Below, piece by piece: positions 1-13,900 of a stretch of DNA of 52,869 nt. The position numbers and the translations under genes are program-made. Location of the stretch: contig JAUCBJ010004266.1 of NCBI GenBank assembly GCA_032718475.1, forward strand, positions 1 through 52,869. The letters run 5' to 3'. The notes beneath the pieces were generated by a model. The model saw only the letters and a list, made by a program, of their open reading frames with translations. It was not told the origin of the DNA and ran no database searches. Within the stretch, counting starts at the first letter, position 1. Each line of letters opens with the position of its first letter. Source of the DNA: Nemertoderma westbladi. Taxonomy: Eukaryota; Animalia; Xenacoelomorpha.

Positions 1-267
1 CAGCCAACGGAATAAACCAACCCTAGGTTGTTGTGCTGTTGCGCCAATGCTGTCAGCTGTTGCGCCGTTCAGCTGTTGCATGTTTTCCAGGAAGCGTTTC
101 TGTATTCCCAGATTTCCGCATTTAATTGTTACAACAGTCTGACAGTGACAGTACATTCGTTACCGGTAATAAAACCCATCTTGGAGAATTTCAGTGTAGG
201 CGATATACCAGTACGGCAGTACGTACAGACGTATACAGTAACGATATCGGGGAGGCCTGATGCTGTA

Positions 268-1373
268 ATGAAATCAGGAGTTTCAGGAAGTATAGACTCC
301 AAGGGTACTAGTACGAGTAATAATAGTGGCGGGGATGATGTATGGACTAAACAGAACCCAGCGTATCCAAACCTAGTCCGACAGTATCCAAACAAAATCC
401 CAACGAATATCCCAACCTATTCGTGTGTGGCCTCTGCTCTAACAGGTTCCAATCTGAAAACAAACTCGTTGCCCACATGCTGAGACACAAGATTCCGGAG
501 GTCGTACCAGTAGCGCTAACAGGTGGTACAAAGCCCCCGGGGTTGCCCACAACCGACGGCATAGACACGACGCGGCAGTGTCAGTACTGCGGTCAAACCT
601 TCGAAACCGGTAAGGACCTACAGATCCACGGTAAGCGTGCATTATGACTGCAACAAGCCGGAGCAATGCGTCGAGTGTTTCCGCAGGTTCCGCTCTCGTA
701 ACCAATTGGAATCCCACAAACTGAGTTGTCATATCCCCACGGGAGCGACTAAACGGTGGGTCTGCCCGATTTGCGAGTTAAAATACGAAGATGTAACTAA
801 TCTCGAATACCACATAGCGTCGTACCATAAAGTACCGGCGATAGAAGACGATTCGCGAGACAGTATGGATTCCTGTGACCCAAACTCCTCTGCTGAAAGA
901 AACTCGAAACTTGATCGCTCAAAGGAGACGAGACCGTCGCCAAAGAAAACCTCATCGACGAAACTGGGTAACTTAACGTGTGGTTGCTGCCCAGAGACTT
1001 TCAGCTCCAAGGTGTCTCGTAACAACCATATGTGGACGATCCACGGCATGGCTCCCGGTAGGATTACTCCCGCATTAAGTACCAGCTGATTCGCTCGGAC
1101 TCTGGACGCTACAAGCTGCAGCGCAGACAAACTAAAACCTACACCATCGATTCGGTTGGTTCTAGATCTAACGACAGTGGTGGAACGGTAGGTGTCGACC
1201 GCCCCGTGGTGGCGAGTTCATCTGAAGCTGAGGATAAGGATCGCTCTAAACCATCCATTCATCATAATAATATATCCAATCAGAAAACTGCGACACACGT
1301 ATCAGCGAAACGTAGAAAGATCACGCCCATTCAAATGTTCACGAATGATCCCGACTGTTCCACAATTTGTTAA
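268..1373 (+). pseudogene. Frameshifted multi-C2H2 zinc-finger ORF (5 fingers)
   Basis: Fingers CGLC..HMLRH, CQYC..HGKR/VH (split by a frameshift near 636), CVEC..HKLSCH, CPIC..HIASYH and CGCC..HMWTIH. Further frame switches near 350-380 and ~1060; frame 1062-1373 is open and ends with an NLS-like AKRRKI. Confidence 0.65.
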
Positions 1374-1507
1374 ATATATTATTTCCTAAATATTATGAAA
1401 AGATTGTAAATTATAATTTATTAAAAGGGCCGAAACATTTTTTTAATTGGGTAGCGAAAATATGAGATTCGTATGAGATTTTCATACCTTTCCAATAAGA
1501 CCCATAT

Positions 1508-1685
1508 GGGGGAGGGGAGGGGGCAGTCTCTTTTAGATCTGGTAAGGGGGGGGGGGGGGGGGGGGGAGAGTCTCTTTTAGATCCTGGTAGGAGGCAGTCT
1601 CTTTTAGATCCTGGTAAGGGGGGGGGGGCAGTCTCTTTTAGATCCTGGTAGGGAGGGGGGGGGGGGGGGCAGTCTATTTTGAATA
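1508..1685. repeat. Short repeat CAGTCTCTTTTAGATCCTGGTA interleaved with poly-G runs (~4-5 copies)
   Basis: Directly visible in the sequence. Confidence 0.75.
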
Positions 1686-1821
1686 AGATATCATATATTG
1701 AATTGGATCATTATTAATATTCTTTATCAATATTTAAACTTCTACTGGTTTAAACTGTAACCAGTAGTAAATACAGTTAAGTCATTATAAATATTTACAT
1801 AATTACCTTTTACAATTTATA

Positions 1822-3624
1822 AATGTACAGCACGGTCGTGTTAGAGTGACTAGTAAACTTCCCCCAATGTACAGCACGGTCGTGTTAGAGTGACTAGTAA
1901 ACTTCCCCCAATGTACAGCACGGACGTGTTAGAGTGACTAGTAAACTTCCCCCAATGTACAGCACGGACGTGTTTAGAGTGACTAGTAAACTTCCCCCAA
2001 TGTACGGCACGGACGTGTTAGAGTGACTAGTAAACTTCCCCCAATGTACAGCACGGACGTGTTAGAGTGACTAGTAAACTTCCCCCAATGTACAGCACGG
2101 ACGTGTTAGAGTGACTAGTAAACTTCCCCCAATGTACGGCACGGACGTGTTAGAGTGACTAGTAAACTTCCCCCAATGTACAGCACGGACGTGTTAGAGT
2201 GACTAGTAAACTTCCCCCAATGTACGGCACGGACGTGTTAGAGTGACTAGTAAACTTCCCCCAATGTACAGCACGGACGTGTTAGAGTGACTAGTAAACT
2301 TCCCCCAATGTACGGCACGGACGTGTTAGAGTGACTAGTAAACTTCCCCCAATGTACAGCACGGACGTGTTAGAGTGACTAGTAAACTTCCCCCAATGTA
2401 CAGCACGGACGTGTTAGAGTGACTAGTAAACTTCCCCCAATGTACAGCACGGACGTGTTAGAGTGACTAGTAAACTTCCCCCAATGTACGGCACGGACGT
2501 GTTAGAGTGACTAGTAAACTTCCCCCAATGTACAGCACGGACGTGTTAGAGTGACTAGTAAACTTCCCCCAATGTACAGCACGGACGTGTTAGAGTGACT
2601 AGTAAACTACCCCCAATGTACAGCACGGACGTGTTAGAGTGACTAGTAAACTTCCCCCAATGTACAGCACGGTCGTGTTAGAGTGACTAGTAAACTTCCC
2701 CCAATGTACAGCACGGTCGTGTTAGAGTGACTAGTAAACTTCCCCCAATGTACAGCACGGACGTGTTAGAGTGACTAGTAAACTTCCCCCAATGTACAGC
2801 ACGGACGTGTTAGAGTGACTAGTAAACTTCCCCCAATGTACAGCACGGACGTGTTAGAGTGACTAGTAAACTTCCCCCAATGTACAGCACGGACGTGTTA
2901 GAGTGACTAGTAAACTTCCCCCAATGTACAGCACGGTCGTGTTAGAGTGACTAGTAAACTTCCCCCAATGTACAGCACGGACGTGTTAGAGTGACTAGTA
3001 AACTTCCCCCAATGTACAGCACGGTCGTGTTAGAGTGACTAGTAAACTTCCCCCAATGTACAGCACGGACGTGTTAGAGTGACTAGTAAACTTCCCCCAA
3101 TGTACAGCACGGTCGTGTTAGAGTGACTAGTAAACTTCCCCCAATGTACAGCACGGACGTGTTAGAGTGACTAGTAAACTTCCCCCAATGTACAGCACGG
3201 ACGTGTTAGAGTGACTAGTAAACTTCCCCCAATGTACAGCACGGACGTGTTAGAGTGACTAGTAAACTTCCCCCAATGTACAGCACGGACGTGTTAGAGT
3301 GACTAGTAAACTTCCCCCAATGTACAGCACGGACGTGTTAGAGTGACTAGTAAACTTCCCCCAATGTACAGCACGGTCGTGTTAGAGTGACTAGTAAACT
3401 TCCCCCAATGTACAGCACGGACGTGTTAGAGTGACTAGTAAACTTCCCCCAATGTACAGCATGGTCGTGTTAGAGTGACTAGTAAACTTCCCCCAATGTA
3501 CAACACGGTCGTGTTAGAGTGACTAGTAAACTTCCCCCAATGTACAACACGGTCGTGTTAGAGTGACTAGTAAACTTCCCCCAATGTACAGCACGGTCGT
3601 GTTAGAGTGACTAGTAAACTTCCC
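1822..3624. repeat. 44-bp minisatellite, ~41 copies
   Basis: Unit AATGTACAGCACGG(A/T)CGTGTTAGAGTGACTAGTAAACTTCCCCC; units start at 1822, 1866 and so on, with no unique spacers. Confidence 0.98.
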
Positions 3625-4389
3625 TCATAGCACCACATATGCGCAATTTTTTGCCCACAACTGAAAAATTACATAACATGGAAATAAATCAATCACGTAA
3701 AATGATAATAACATGACAATGATAAAAAGCAGTGGTGTGATGAGTGAAGTAAGTAATGTTTCAATATAGGAAAATATGTTGCTAGTAGTACATTGTCTAA
3801 ATATTAATCATTAATTTATTGACTTCTAGGCAAAACCAAAGACTAAAGATACCAAAACTACGGTTAGACCTACAAGACCAATAATTAACAACAATAAAAA
3901 CACAACAATGTAACTGCACATTTCCTCTTTGTTTTTATTTTCTTTTGATTAATTATTTCTGTTATCTTTTTATATTTATGACCAGAGCCACAGTAACAAT
4001 TAACTATAATGCTAAAATTAAAAAAAATGAGTTATAATAAATTTAGAAAATTTCAAATAATGTTCGTAAAATTATTGTTGGTGGTGGTGACTTGTATGGA
4101 ATAGGAATTAATAGAGAAATGCTCCGCCTAAATTAACGTCGATTTGGTTCAAGATTTCATATTTTTGTTTATATTTATTCTGAAACATTTCAAATCTTAT
4201 AACGGCTTAGCAAAATATCGTTTAGTTTCATCTTATCTCTGTCTACCGGGCAGACCGTAAAAATGTAATAAGATGCACAGTCGCAGGAAAAAATAAACCT
4301 CCATGGGAATCAGATGGTCGGCTATATGATTCGTTCCTCATTATCATGTATCCTTCCGGTAAAACGCAATCCTCTAAGCGCTACGGCCC

Positions 4390-4558
4390 CCAACACAGAA
4401 GAGTATTGTATTTGCTTTGTAGGCCTACTCCAACACAGAAGAGTATTGTATTTGCTTTGTAGGCCTACTCCAACACAGAAGAGTATTGTATTTGCTTTGT
4501 AGGCCTACTCCAACACAGAAGAGTATTGTATTTGCTATGTATGTACCCCAACACAGAA
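4390..4558. repeat. 40-bp minisatellite (~4 copies), with a related unit at ~7906-7952
   Basis: CCAACACAGAAGAGTATTGTATTTGCTTTGTAGGCCTACT with a 40-bp period (units near 4390, 4430, 4470, 4510). Confidence 0.9.
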
Positions 4559-4559
4559 C

Positions 4560-7500
4560 GCCAGCCGGTTTAGGCCCTGCCCGCCTGTATGTGAGCCTGA
4601 CGGTATACCAGTTGTCTCAGTGATTACTGTATCTGTACTGCACCACAGTGTACCATAGTGATCTCCAGCCATAAGCTGCTTACTGGTCTGTTGTTGTGTT
4701 TACCTGCCTGCATTGCGTTTGATATATATTACACTCGATAAGGGGTTATTATACTTGTTTCTCACTTACCCCACTTCATTAACTTCGCTCATTGCGTGGC
4801 TTCCTTACAACCACACAACAACAGCAACAACAACTTACAACAACAGACCCTCCACACAGCCTCTACTTCTGCTACCTACTTACCAGTACCATGGCATTTA
4901 ACAGCCCTCTGAAACCCCCCAAACTGGTTCCACTCAGCAAGTCAGAGACTATCAATTTCTTTGAAGTATGACGCAACAATCTAACTTATTCACTTGCGCT
5001 CCAACCCCAGTTTGCACCATTTACAACCACGGGTGCCACCTGGTTGGGCCATACCCGCGCTGTACCATTCCACAGTTTTGCCGATGACCCGAACACCCTT
5101 GCTCCAGCAGATCGCCATACCACCCTTCAAAAGACTACGGCGATGGAGCTTATGCTCGGCCATGTTGCCAATTATGCCCCCATTATCGCGTGTAACTCGA
5201 TCATTTGGGACTCCACTTCCGTTTGCTGCCCTCCATATGGCAGGCCATCCACGCCTGCATTATTGCTTCCAGGCAACTGGAGCCCAATTCCTCTCCTTCT
5301 CCAAGATCTCTCTCCTCCACGAGGAATGCCCTGAAGACCTCTTCCAAGTGGCTAGCTGCCTTCATTGATGACAAATTACTCTGGTGGGAGGGATGGTGGT
5401 AACTATCCACCCGGACCTCCCGCGCTTAGTTCAGCAGCAATACGGCACCAAACTCTGGTCCCATATGCTGGCTAGTATCAAACCCGAGATCTCCCAGGCC
5501 CTGTCATCTCTTCTCGATGAGCTCCACACTGCCATGAAAGTATGTACCTTCTGCGCTCAGACGCATAGGACCCCTTCTACCTCATCATGTTTTGGTCCTA
5601 ATTCCACCACCCTTGGGGCATCTCGTTCTGTTTACCGATGTCCCCTCTGCTCCCAGACTAAACGCACTCCCATCCACAACTTTCTCAGTGCTTGTCCCTT
5701 CCTTCCCCTCTGCCGACAAGCGATATATTTCATGGGCCCATCTCATCCACGTCGAGGGCGACACTGACGACGTTTCATATGAACAACTGGAAGACGACAA
5801 CAGCTCCGTCGCCATTCCACCCGCTGATCCATCACTGTATGCCGAGTCACACCTTTACGGCGCGTTATAACAGCAAACCCATCCTGGTTCTCATCGATTG
5901 TGGCGCTGAATCCGACCTCATTTCACACAATGCCACACTCCGACTCGATGGCATTCCGATCTTGTGAGGCTCACACCAAGTCCCAATTGGGTCCCTAGTC
6001 TCTGGTGTCATTGGTGAGAGTTCCTTCTCACTGGCCCACAGCAATCTCCAGTTTACCTTCCGTGGACTTCCTGTCGACGGCCTCAACATTCCACTCCTCG
6101 CCGGCATTCCATTCCTATCCTCAAACCATATCAGTATCTGCCCTGCCCGGTCCTTAATAACATTCACACACGGCAGTTCTATTCAGTACCCACCGGCTGG
6201 CCATCCTCGACCCACCATTCACCAAACGATGACACATATTCTATGCGCCCCCATTCGATCATCCATTATACTCCCAGGTGACTCCCTCATATTGCAACTA
6301 CCATCTCATCTCTCTGCCTCCGATGCCCTCCTTGTTACACCCCATGTAATTAACCAGCCATCGCATTTAACCTCCCCCCAAGCCTTGGTTTCCCTCTATG
6401 CAGCGCTCCAACCAACAAATGGCTCCACTACCATTCCTAACTCTGCTCCCTACCCTGTCTTCATTCAATACAACTCCTAAGTCTGCTCTGCACTGCCCAC
6501 CACATCCACTCCCACGCAACAACAACAGTCCTTACCCTGCCCCGAAATCCACTCCGCAGACATTGCCACCCCCAACGTAAAGACCAACATCCCACACTAC
6601 TCCCACGATTGCCTCGTCGAACTACAGGAGAAGTTCGATTCGCTTGAGCGTCTTGGTGTCTTCATTTGTCCGGAGCTGGCCAGTGTCAATATAGAGTATC
6701 TGAACCCCAGCTTTCTCATCACCAAGCCCGATGGAGGAACTCGGCTTGTCACCGCATTCACAGAGATTGCACAATATTGTAAACCATAAACCGCACTCCT
6801 CCCAGATGTTGAATCCACCATTCGTGCCCTCGACCAGTTCAAGTTTCTCGTTAAGGCAGATCTCACCAGCGCCTTTTATCAGATACCACTCCAACTCAAT
6901 GTATTCCTGCGGCATATCCATAACATTGCTGGATGTTATGGCCACTGTGCCATGGGCATGCCCAGCAGCAAGACTGCCCTCGAGGATTTAATGTTCCACG
7001 TCCTCGGTGACCTTGTTGTCCAGGGCTCTGTCATCAAACTCGCTGATGACATCTTTTGTGGTGGCAACACCATCCATGAACTCCTCAGCAATTTCACTGC
7101 TGTCCTCCACGCCCTACACAATGCCAACTTATGTTTTTCCTCTAAGAAGACAATAATTTGCCCCCAGACTACCACCATCCTTGGTTGGGTGTAGTCTAGT
7201 GGTTCATTATCGGCTTCCTCCCATATCACAGCCGCCTTATCCCACTGTCCTATCCCACCCACTGTCCATGACCTCCAGTCATACCTTGGATCCTATAAGG
7301 TTCTCTCCCCCGTATCCCTCCGTTGTTCTGCCCTAATCTCTCCACTCGAGGTCCTCATTACCCCCAAGGCCAGTGATCCCGTGGCATGGACCCCTGAACA
7401 CGAGCCAGTATTCCTGTGCTCCCAAGCCACCCTATAGTCATGCAGGTTAGTCATGATACTGCAGCCCACCAACGAGCTCTTCCTTGTCACTGACGCCGCC

Positions 7501-7905
7501 TCATCTGTCGATGGTCTGGGTGCCATTCTCTATGCCAAAGGTTCCAAGGAATTACTTCTCACTGGGTTTTACTCCTGTAAACTTAAGGCCCATCAACACA
7601 CATGACTTCCCTGTGAGTTGGAGGCACTTGCTATCGCCGTTTAACATTTTCTACAATACCTCATTGCCTCCTCATGCAAACCCCACGACCAACGTTCTCA
7701 TGGATAGTAAACCCTGTGTTGAAGATTTAAAAAGTTGTCCCATGGCGCATATTTTACTAGCCCATGCTTGTCTACATTCCTCGCCACCGCTAGCCAGGCC
7801 CACATTACCATATCCCACATCAAGGGCTCTACCAACCTCCCAGCAGACTTCCAAAGCCGCAACATCCCATTGTGCCCACTGCAGCCCTGCCAATTGTGTG
7901 CATTT
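4560..7905 (+). mobile_element. Degenerate, 3'-truncated Gypsy/Ty3-type retrotransposon (gag, protease, RT, RNase H; integrase missing)
   Basis: Gag from ATG 4891 (ELMLGHVANYAPII, HYCFQATGAQF). Protease ILVLIDCGAESDLI at ~5881. RT EYLNPSFLITKPDGGTRLVTAF, KADLTSAFYQIP, PMGMPSS, KLADDIFCGG. RNase H LFLVTDAASS...CELEALAIA. Many stops and frameshifts; no LTR pair seen. Confidence 0.88.
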
Positions 7906-8019
7906 GTATTTGGTATGTACCCCAACACAGAGAGTATTGTATTTGCTACGTATCCGTCATTAAAAACACTTCATTTCCATTACATTTTTACATTTTCACT
8001 CAGTAAATTCAATACAATG

Positions 8020-10896
8020 CGGCTTATTTTCGAAATGTCCCAAATGCCAAATTGGTCGAAAATGATTTTATGAGTGAATGACAATCTACTCATCATGGTG
8101 AGGTAGTCACTCAAAGCGATTTTGCAATATTCCAATTATTTTAGAAGTTATATCAAAAAACATAATATCCCAAATGCCAAATTTCGAAAATTGTTTTTTT
8201 CAAAATATCCCAAATTCCCCTGAAACCTCCCAAGTTCTCACTTTATCGATGTATAATTTCAGAAATGCATGTATCTAAATGTCCCAATTGTAACAAAAGT
8301 AGTAATAGTGTACCGGCTCCGCAAGCTTTTAAGTAGATAATTTGGCGGGAAATTTAATATTCAATACTGCAGTTCAGATTACATGCTGGCTGTACAATAA
8401 TTTCATTATACAGTAGTCGTACCGGTATAATACTGGTTACAACTTACTATACTCGAGTCAACCTGTCTTCCAGTCTTATACGATAATACGAATCAGCTAA
8501 TACAATGTCGTTCGGAGGTTTTATTGTGGCCGAGGATAGTGACGAGGGAGTGGGCCAATGGAAGAAGAGTTTAGGTTTAGTACTGACGAGGAATCGACCT
8601 TTAATGGGGACATTGATGCTACGGTGGGACCTCCAAATGCTCGAAAAAGAGCCGCCAAAAAACGGAGTGGGCCGGTTACCTGTAATACTCGCGAAAGAAA
8701 ATTAGCGCGGCTGAGAGGTAAAGAATATGTTACACAGGGAAAGGTGCGAAAATCAAAATCGATGAGGGCCGTGCCGTGTAAAGGAAACTGTGCCCGGAGC
8801 TGCCGTGACAACTGGACGGAGGAAGAAAGATTGGATCAGTACACGTGTAAAGGAAACTGTGCCCGGAGCTGCCGTGACAACTGGACGGAGGAAGAAAGAT
8901 TGGATCAGTACAATCATTACTATAGCGCTTTTAGGAGTAGGGAGGAACAACATGCCTATCTGAGGACATTGCTGGAGAAGGATGCTGTGGAAAGACATCG
9001 TCCCACAGACGATGATGAGAAGAAACGACAGCCAAAGAACGTTTCTGTGAAGTGGAACCTATACAAAGATAGGAAGAAGATTCCGGTGTGCAGACAATTT
9101 ATAGAGTGTACTTTAGATGTTGGTGAGGGGTTGCTACAATCTATAGTTAGAAGAACAACTGATCATGGATCTTTGACGGGTAGCCAATCAGGAGGTGCAA
9201 ATAACCGAACGGCCTCGAAGCAAGAAGAAGATGTTCGGAAGTTCATATCTGAGCTCCCAGCAATGAGCTCACACTATTGTCGAAAAGAATCCAGCCGAAA
9301 GTATCTTCCAAGGAGCCTAGAGAGTGAAAAAAATTTGCATCGTATCTATGTCTCAAAGGTGCCCAATCCAGTGAAGTTTTCAGTTTTTCGCAGAATATTC
9401 AAATCGGAGTTCAATTTGGGATTTCATATCCCGAAGAAAGATAAGTGTGTTTTGTGTGTTCGCTTCCAAAGACCCTGATCTTGATCCTCAGATTTATGAG
9501 CGCCATCTAGATGAAAAGCAAACCATTGCCCAGGTGTTTAAACGAGCCCAAGAACGTGAGACAGATGAGTACCGGTGTTTGAGCTATGATCTGCAGAAAT
9601 TTCTTAACACACCACACGCTAACTCGATGCTTATCGGATATTCCCGCCGGTTTGCTTTCTATAATGAGTCTGTTTTTGAGAGTGGAACTAAAAAGGGATA
9701 TTGCTATATCTGGGGAGAGAACACGGCAAAGCGGGGATCTATTGAGGTGGCTTCTGTGCTCCATAAGAGTCTTATTGATCTGAATGTCAGGTGCCCTAAT
9801 GTGAAAAAAATATACCTTTTCTGTGACAGCACCAGTGGACAGAATAAGAATCGAATTATAATCACCACCATAAATCAAGTACTAATCCGTCTTCCGAACG
9901 TTTCTCGCATCAGGCTGATATTCCTACTTCCAGGCCATACCAATATGCCAGTGGATTCGATCCATGCTCGAATAGAAAGTCACTTAAAGAATAAGGAAGT
10001 CTGGGCACCATCGTAGTGGAACACTGTGATACGGCATGCTAAAGTGTTTGATGAACCATACACTGTCATTCCGATGAAATCAGCGGACTTTCTTGACTGG
10101 AAACTCATCCAGGAGGATTTTCTAAACAAAAGAATAAGGAATAACGAAGGGAGAAAAGTGAAGTGGTCTAAAATTAGAGTTCTAATGTTCCATAAGGTCA
10201 GCAGTAGAGATGCACTATACGACGACACTTGAACTATCAGTGCCAGTCTACGAGATTGTTCTACCCCGTCGATACCGCGGAAGGCATCCGCACAGGTACG
10301 ATCTTCCACCTTGCGCATACCCCAATCAACTTCCAATAAGTACTGCGAAGTTCAATGATCTCATGTCTTTGTGTAAGAACAAGGTAATCCCACCGGAGTT
10401 TAGGAGTGAATACGAGGCAATGTTGCCAGATGAGACAGTTCCCGATGAGCTGAACGAGACTGATGAAGATGATGTAGCGGTAGTTGAGGACGAAGATGAG
10501 CTTGATTGAGAACTGAAGTTGAAGGTTGAGGGAGGTTGAACTGATTTTGGTCCATACTTTCGGTTTTCTTTTGTGTATGGCACAGTTTGTTGGTAACTTT
10601 TTGCCATTATGGTTATTAATACAATACACTAATAAACACTTGGGATGTTTTGAAACAATATCACATAAACCAAATACATATGACAAACGATTTTTTCAAA
10701 AAATCCCAAATGCCAAATATTTAAATAGCGTAAGGGGTGATGTTTAAATCATTAGTGTATACAGGCAGCATCGTTTCAATGAGCCACTTACCGAACAACC
10801 AACATCATTGGTCAATAAGGAGAATTAGAATATTAAAAAATCATTTTCTGAAGAAAGTATAATTTGGCATTTGGGACATTTTGAATATAAGCCGTC
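8020..10896 (+). mobile_element. Sola-type (probably Sola1) DNA transposon with a defective transposase (~8505-10509)
   Basis: Imperfect ~33-bp TIRs: CGGCTTATTTTCGAAATGTCCCAAATGCCAAATT at 8020 and its reverse complement ending ~10894. Transposase motifs PAMSSHYCR, PKKDKCVLC, SYDLQK, WGENTAKRGSIEV, CDSTSGQNKN, FLLPGHTNMPVDSIH. Frameshifts near 8555, 9470 and 10225; TAG at 10014. TSD not clear. Confidence 0.82.
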
Positions 10897-10974
10897 GACA
10901 TCAAGAATAGTGAAGAAAGTGTAACTTTTTATCCTAAGTGATAAATAAATTATAAATTTATTATTATTTCTAAC

Positions 10975-13900
10975 ATTTAGACAATCGCTACTGGCTTTGC
11001 AACATCACGATATTCCAGTGAACTTCACTGCTAAGGAGTCTAGAAGCTGAGTTTACAGTTTTGGATCACATTGCTGGGGCACCCAATCCTATCACAGGAT
11101 ATGGTAACTTACTGCAGGGAGTTACACAAACCTTCCTGAGTACTGATCTCGCTATATTGACGTCATTTGATGTATTGGTGATGATCAATAAAGACTCTTG
11201 ATTCTTTGTACTTCTTGTTCAACTCCCACGCATGGGATGCCCAAGGTTTTAGTCGATCTCCACTAGCTTTGCAACGCTGCGATATTCCAGCAACGTTTAC
11301 TGCAAAGGATCTAGAAGCTAAGTTTACAGTTTTGGATCACATTGCTAGGGCACCCGATCATATCACAGGATATGGTAACTTAGTGCAGGGAGTTACACAA
11401 GCCTTCCTGCGTTCCAATCTCACTATATTAACATCATTCGATGTATCAGTGATAATCAGTAAAGACTCTTGATTCTTTGTACTTATTGTTCAACTCCCAT
11501 GCGTGGCATGCCCAAGGTTTTAGTCGATCTCCACTGGCTTTGCAACACTGCGATATTCCAGTGACGTTTACTGCAAAGGATCTAGAAGCTGAGTTTACAG
11601 TTTGGGATCACATTGCTGGGGCACCCAATCCTATCCCAGGATATGGTAACTTACGGCAGGAAGTTACACAAGCCTGCCTGTGTACCGATCTCGCTATATT
11701 AACATCATTCAATGTATCGGTGATGATCAGTAAAGACTCTTGATTCCTTGTACTTCTTGTTCAACTCCCTCGCAAGGCATGCCCAAGGTTTTAGTCAATC
11801 TCTACTGGCTTTGCAACACTGCGATATTCCAGCGACGTTTACTGCAAAGGATCTAGAGCTGAGTTTGCAGTTTTGGATGTCATTGCTGAGGTGCCCAATA
11901 CTATCACAGGATATGGTAACTTACTGCAGGGAGTTACACAAGCCTTCCTGAGTAACGATCTCACTATATTAACATCATTCAATGTATCGGTGATGATCAG
12001 TAAAGACTCTTGATTCTTTGTACTTGTTCACTTCCCACGCATGGCATGCCCAACGTTTTAGTCGATCTCCACTGACTTTGCAACACTGCGATATTCCAGC
12101 GACATTTACTGCAGAGGATCTAGAAGTAGAGTTTACAGTTTTGGATGACATTGCTGGGGGTGCCTGATCCTATCACAGGATATGGTAACTTACTGCAGGG
12201 AGTTACACAAACCTTCCTGAGTACTGATCTCGCTATATTAACATCATTTGATGTATCGGTGATGATCAATAAAGACTCTTGATTCTTTGTACTTCTTGTT
12301 CAACTCCCACGCATGGGATGCCCAAGGTTTTAGTCGATCTCCACTAGCTTTGCAACGCTGCGATATTCCAGCAACGTTTACTGCAAAGGATCTAGAAGCT
12401 AAGTTTACAGTTTTGGATCACATTGCTAGGGCACCCGATCATATCACAGGATATGGTAACTTAGTGCAGGGAGTTACACAAGCCTTCCTGCGTTCCAATC
12501 TCACTATATTAACATCATTCGATGTATCATTGATGATCAGTAAAGACTCTTGATTCTTTGTACTTCTTGTTCAACTCCAACGCGCGGCATGCCCAAGGTT
12601 TTAGTCGATCTCCACTGGCTTTGCAACACTGCGATATTCCAGTGACGTTTACTGCAAAGGATCTAGAGCTGAGTTTGCAGTTTTGGATGTCATTGCTGGG
12701 GTGCCCAATACTATCACAGGATATGGTAACTTACTGCAGGGAGTTACACAAGCCTTCCTGAGAACGATCTCACTATATTAACATCATTCAATGTATCGGT
12801 GATGATCAGTAAAGACTCTTGATTCTTTGTACTTCTTGTTCAACTCCCACGCGTGGCATGCCCAACGTTTTAGTCGATCTCCACTGACTTTGCAACACTG
12901 CGATATTCCAGCGACATTTACTGCAAAGGATCTAGAGCTGAGTTTGCAGTTTTGGATGTCATTGCTGGGGTGCCCAATACTATCACAGGATATGGTAACT
13001 TACTGCAGGGAGTTACACAAGCCTTCCTGAGAACGATCTCACTATATTAACATCATTCAATGTATCGGTGATGATCAGTAAAGACTCTTGATTCTTTGTA
13101 CTTCTTGTTCAACTCCCACGCGTGGCATGCCCAACGTTTTAGTCGATCTCCACTGACTTTGCAACACTGCGATATTCCAGCGACATTTACTGCAAAGGAT
13201 CTAGAAGTAGAGTTTGCAGTTTTGGATGACATTGCTGGGGTGCCCGATCCTATCACAGGATATGGTAACTTACTGCAGGGAGATATACAAGCCTCCCTGA
13301 GTACCAATCTCGCTATATTAATGTCATTTGATGTATTGGTGATAATCAGTAAAGACTCTTGATTCTTTGTACTGATTCAACTCCAATGCATGGGTTGCCC
13401 AAGGATTTAGTTGATCTCCACTGGCTTTGCAACACTGCGATATTCCAGCGAAATTTACTGCAGAGGATCTAGAAGTAGAGTTTACAGTTTTGGATGACAT
13501 TGCTGGGGGTGCCTGATCCTATCACAGGATAAGGTAACTTACTGCGGGGAGTTACACAAACCTTCCTGAGTACTGATCTCGCTATATTAACATCATTCGA
13601 TGTATCAGTGATAATCAGTAAAGACTCTTGATTCTTTGTACTTATTGTTCAACTCCCATGCGTGGCATGCCCAAGATTTTAGTCGATCTCCACTGGCTTT
13701 GCAATACTGCGATATTCCAGCGACGTTAACAGCAAAGGATCTCGAGGCTGAGTTCACAGTTTTGGATGTCATTGCTGGGGTGTGTCCAATACTATCACAG
13801 GATATGGTAACTTACTGCAGGGAGTTACACAAGCCTTCCTGCGTAACAATCTCCCTATATTAACATCATTCAATGTATCGGTGATGATCAGTAAAGACTC

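Noticed and set aside
1822-3624. CRISPR-like appearance of the 44-bp array (also the 37-bp and 40-bp arrays)
   Set aside because: Units are head-to-tail with no unique spacers, there are no cas genes, and the context is a spliced eukaryotic gene region.
1822-3624. Intron gain by tandem duplication (array spliced out cleanly)
   Set aside because: The minus-strand unit has no AG|GT protosplice site, so seamless removal is not possible.
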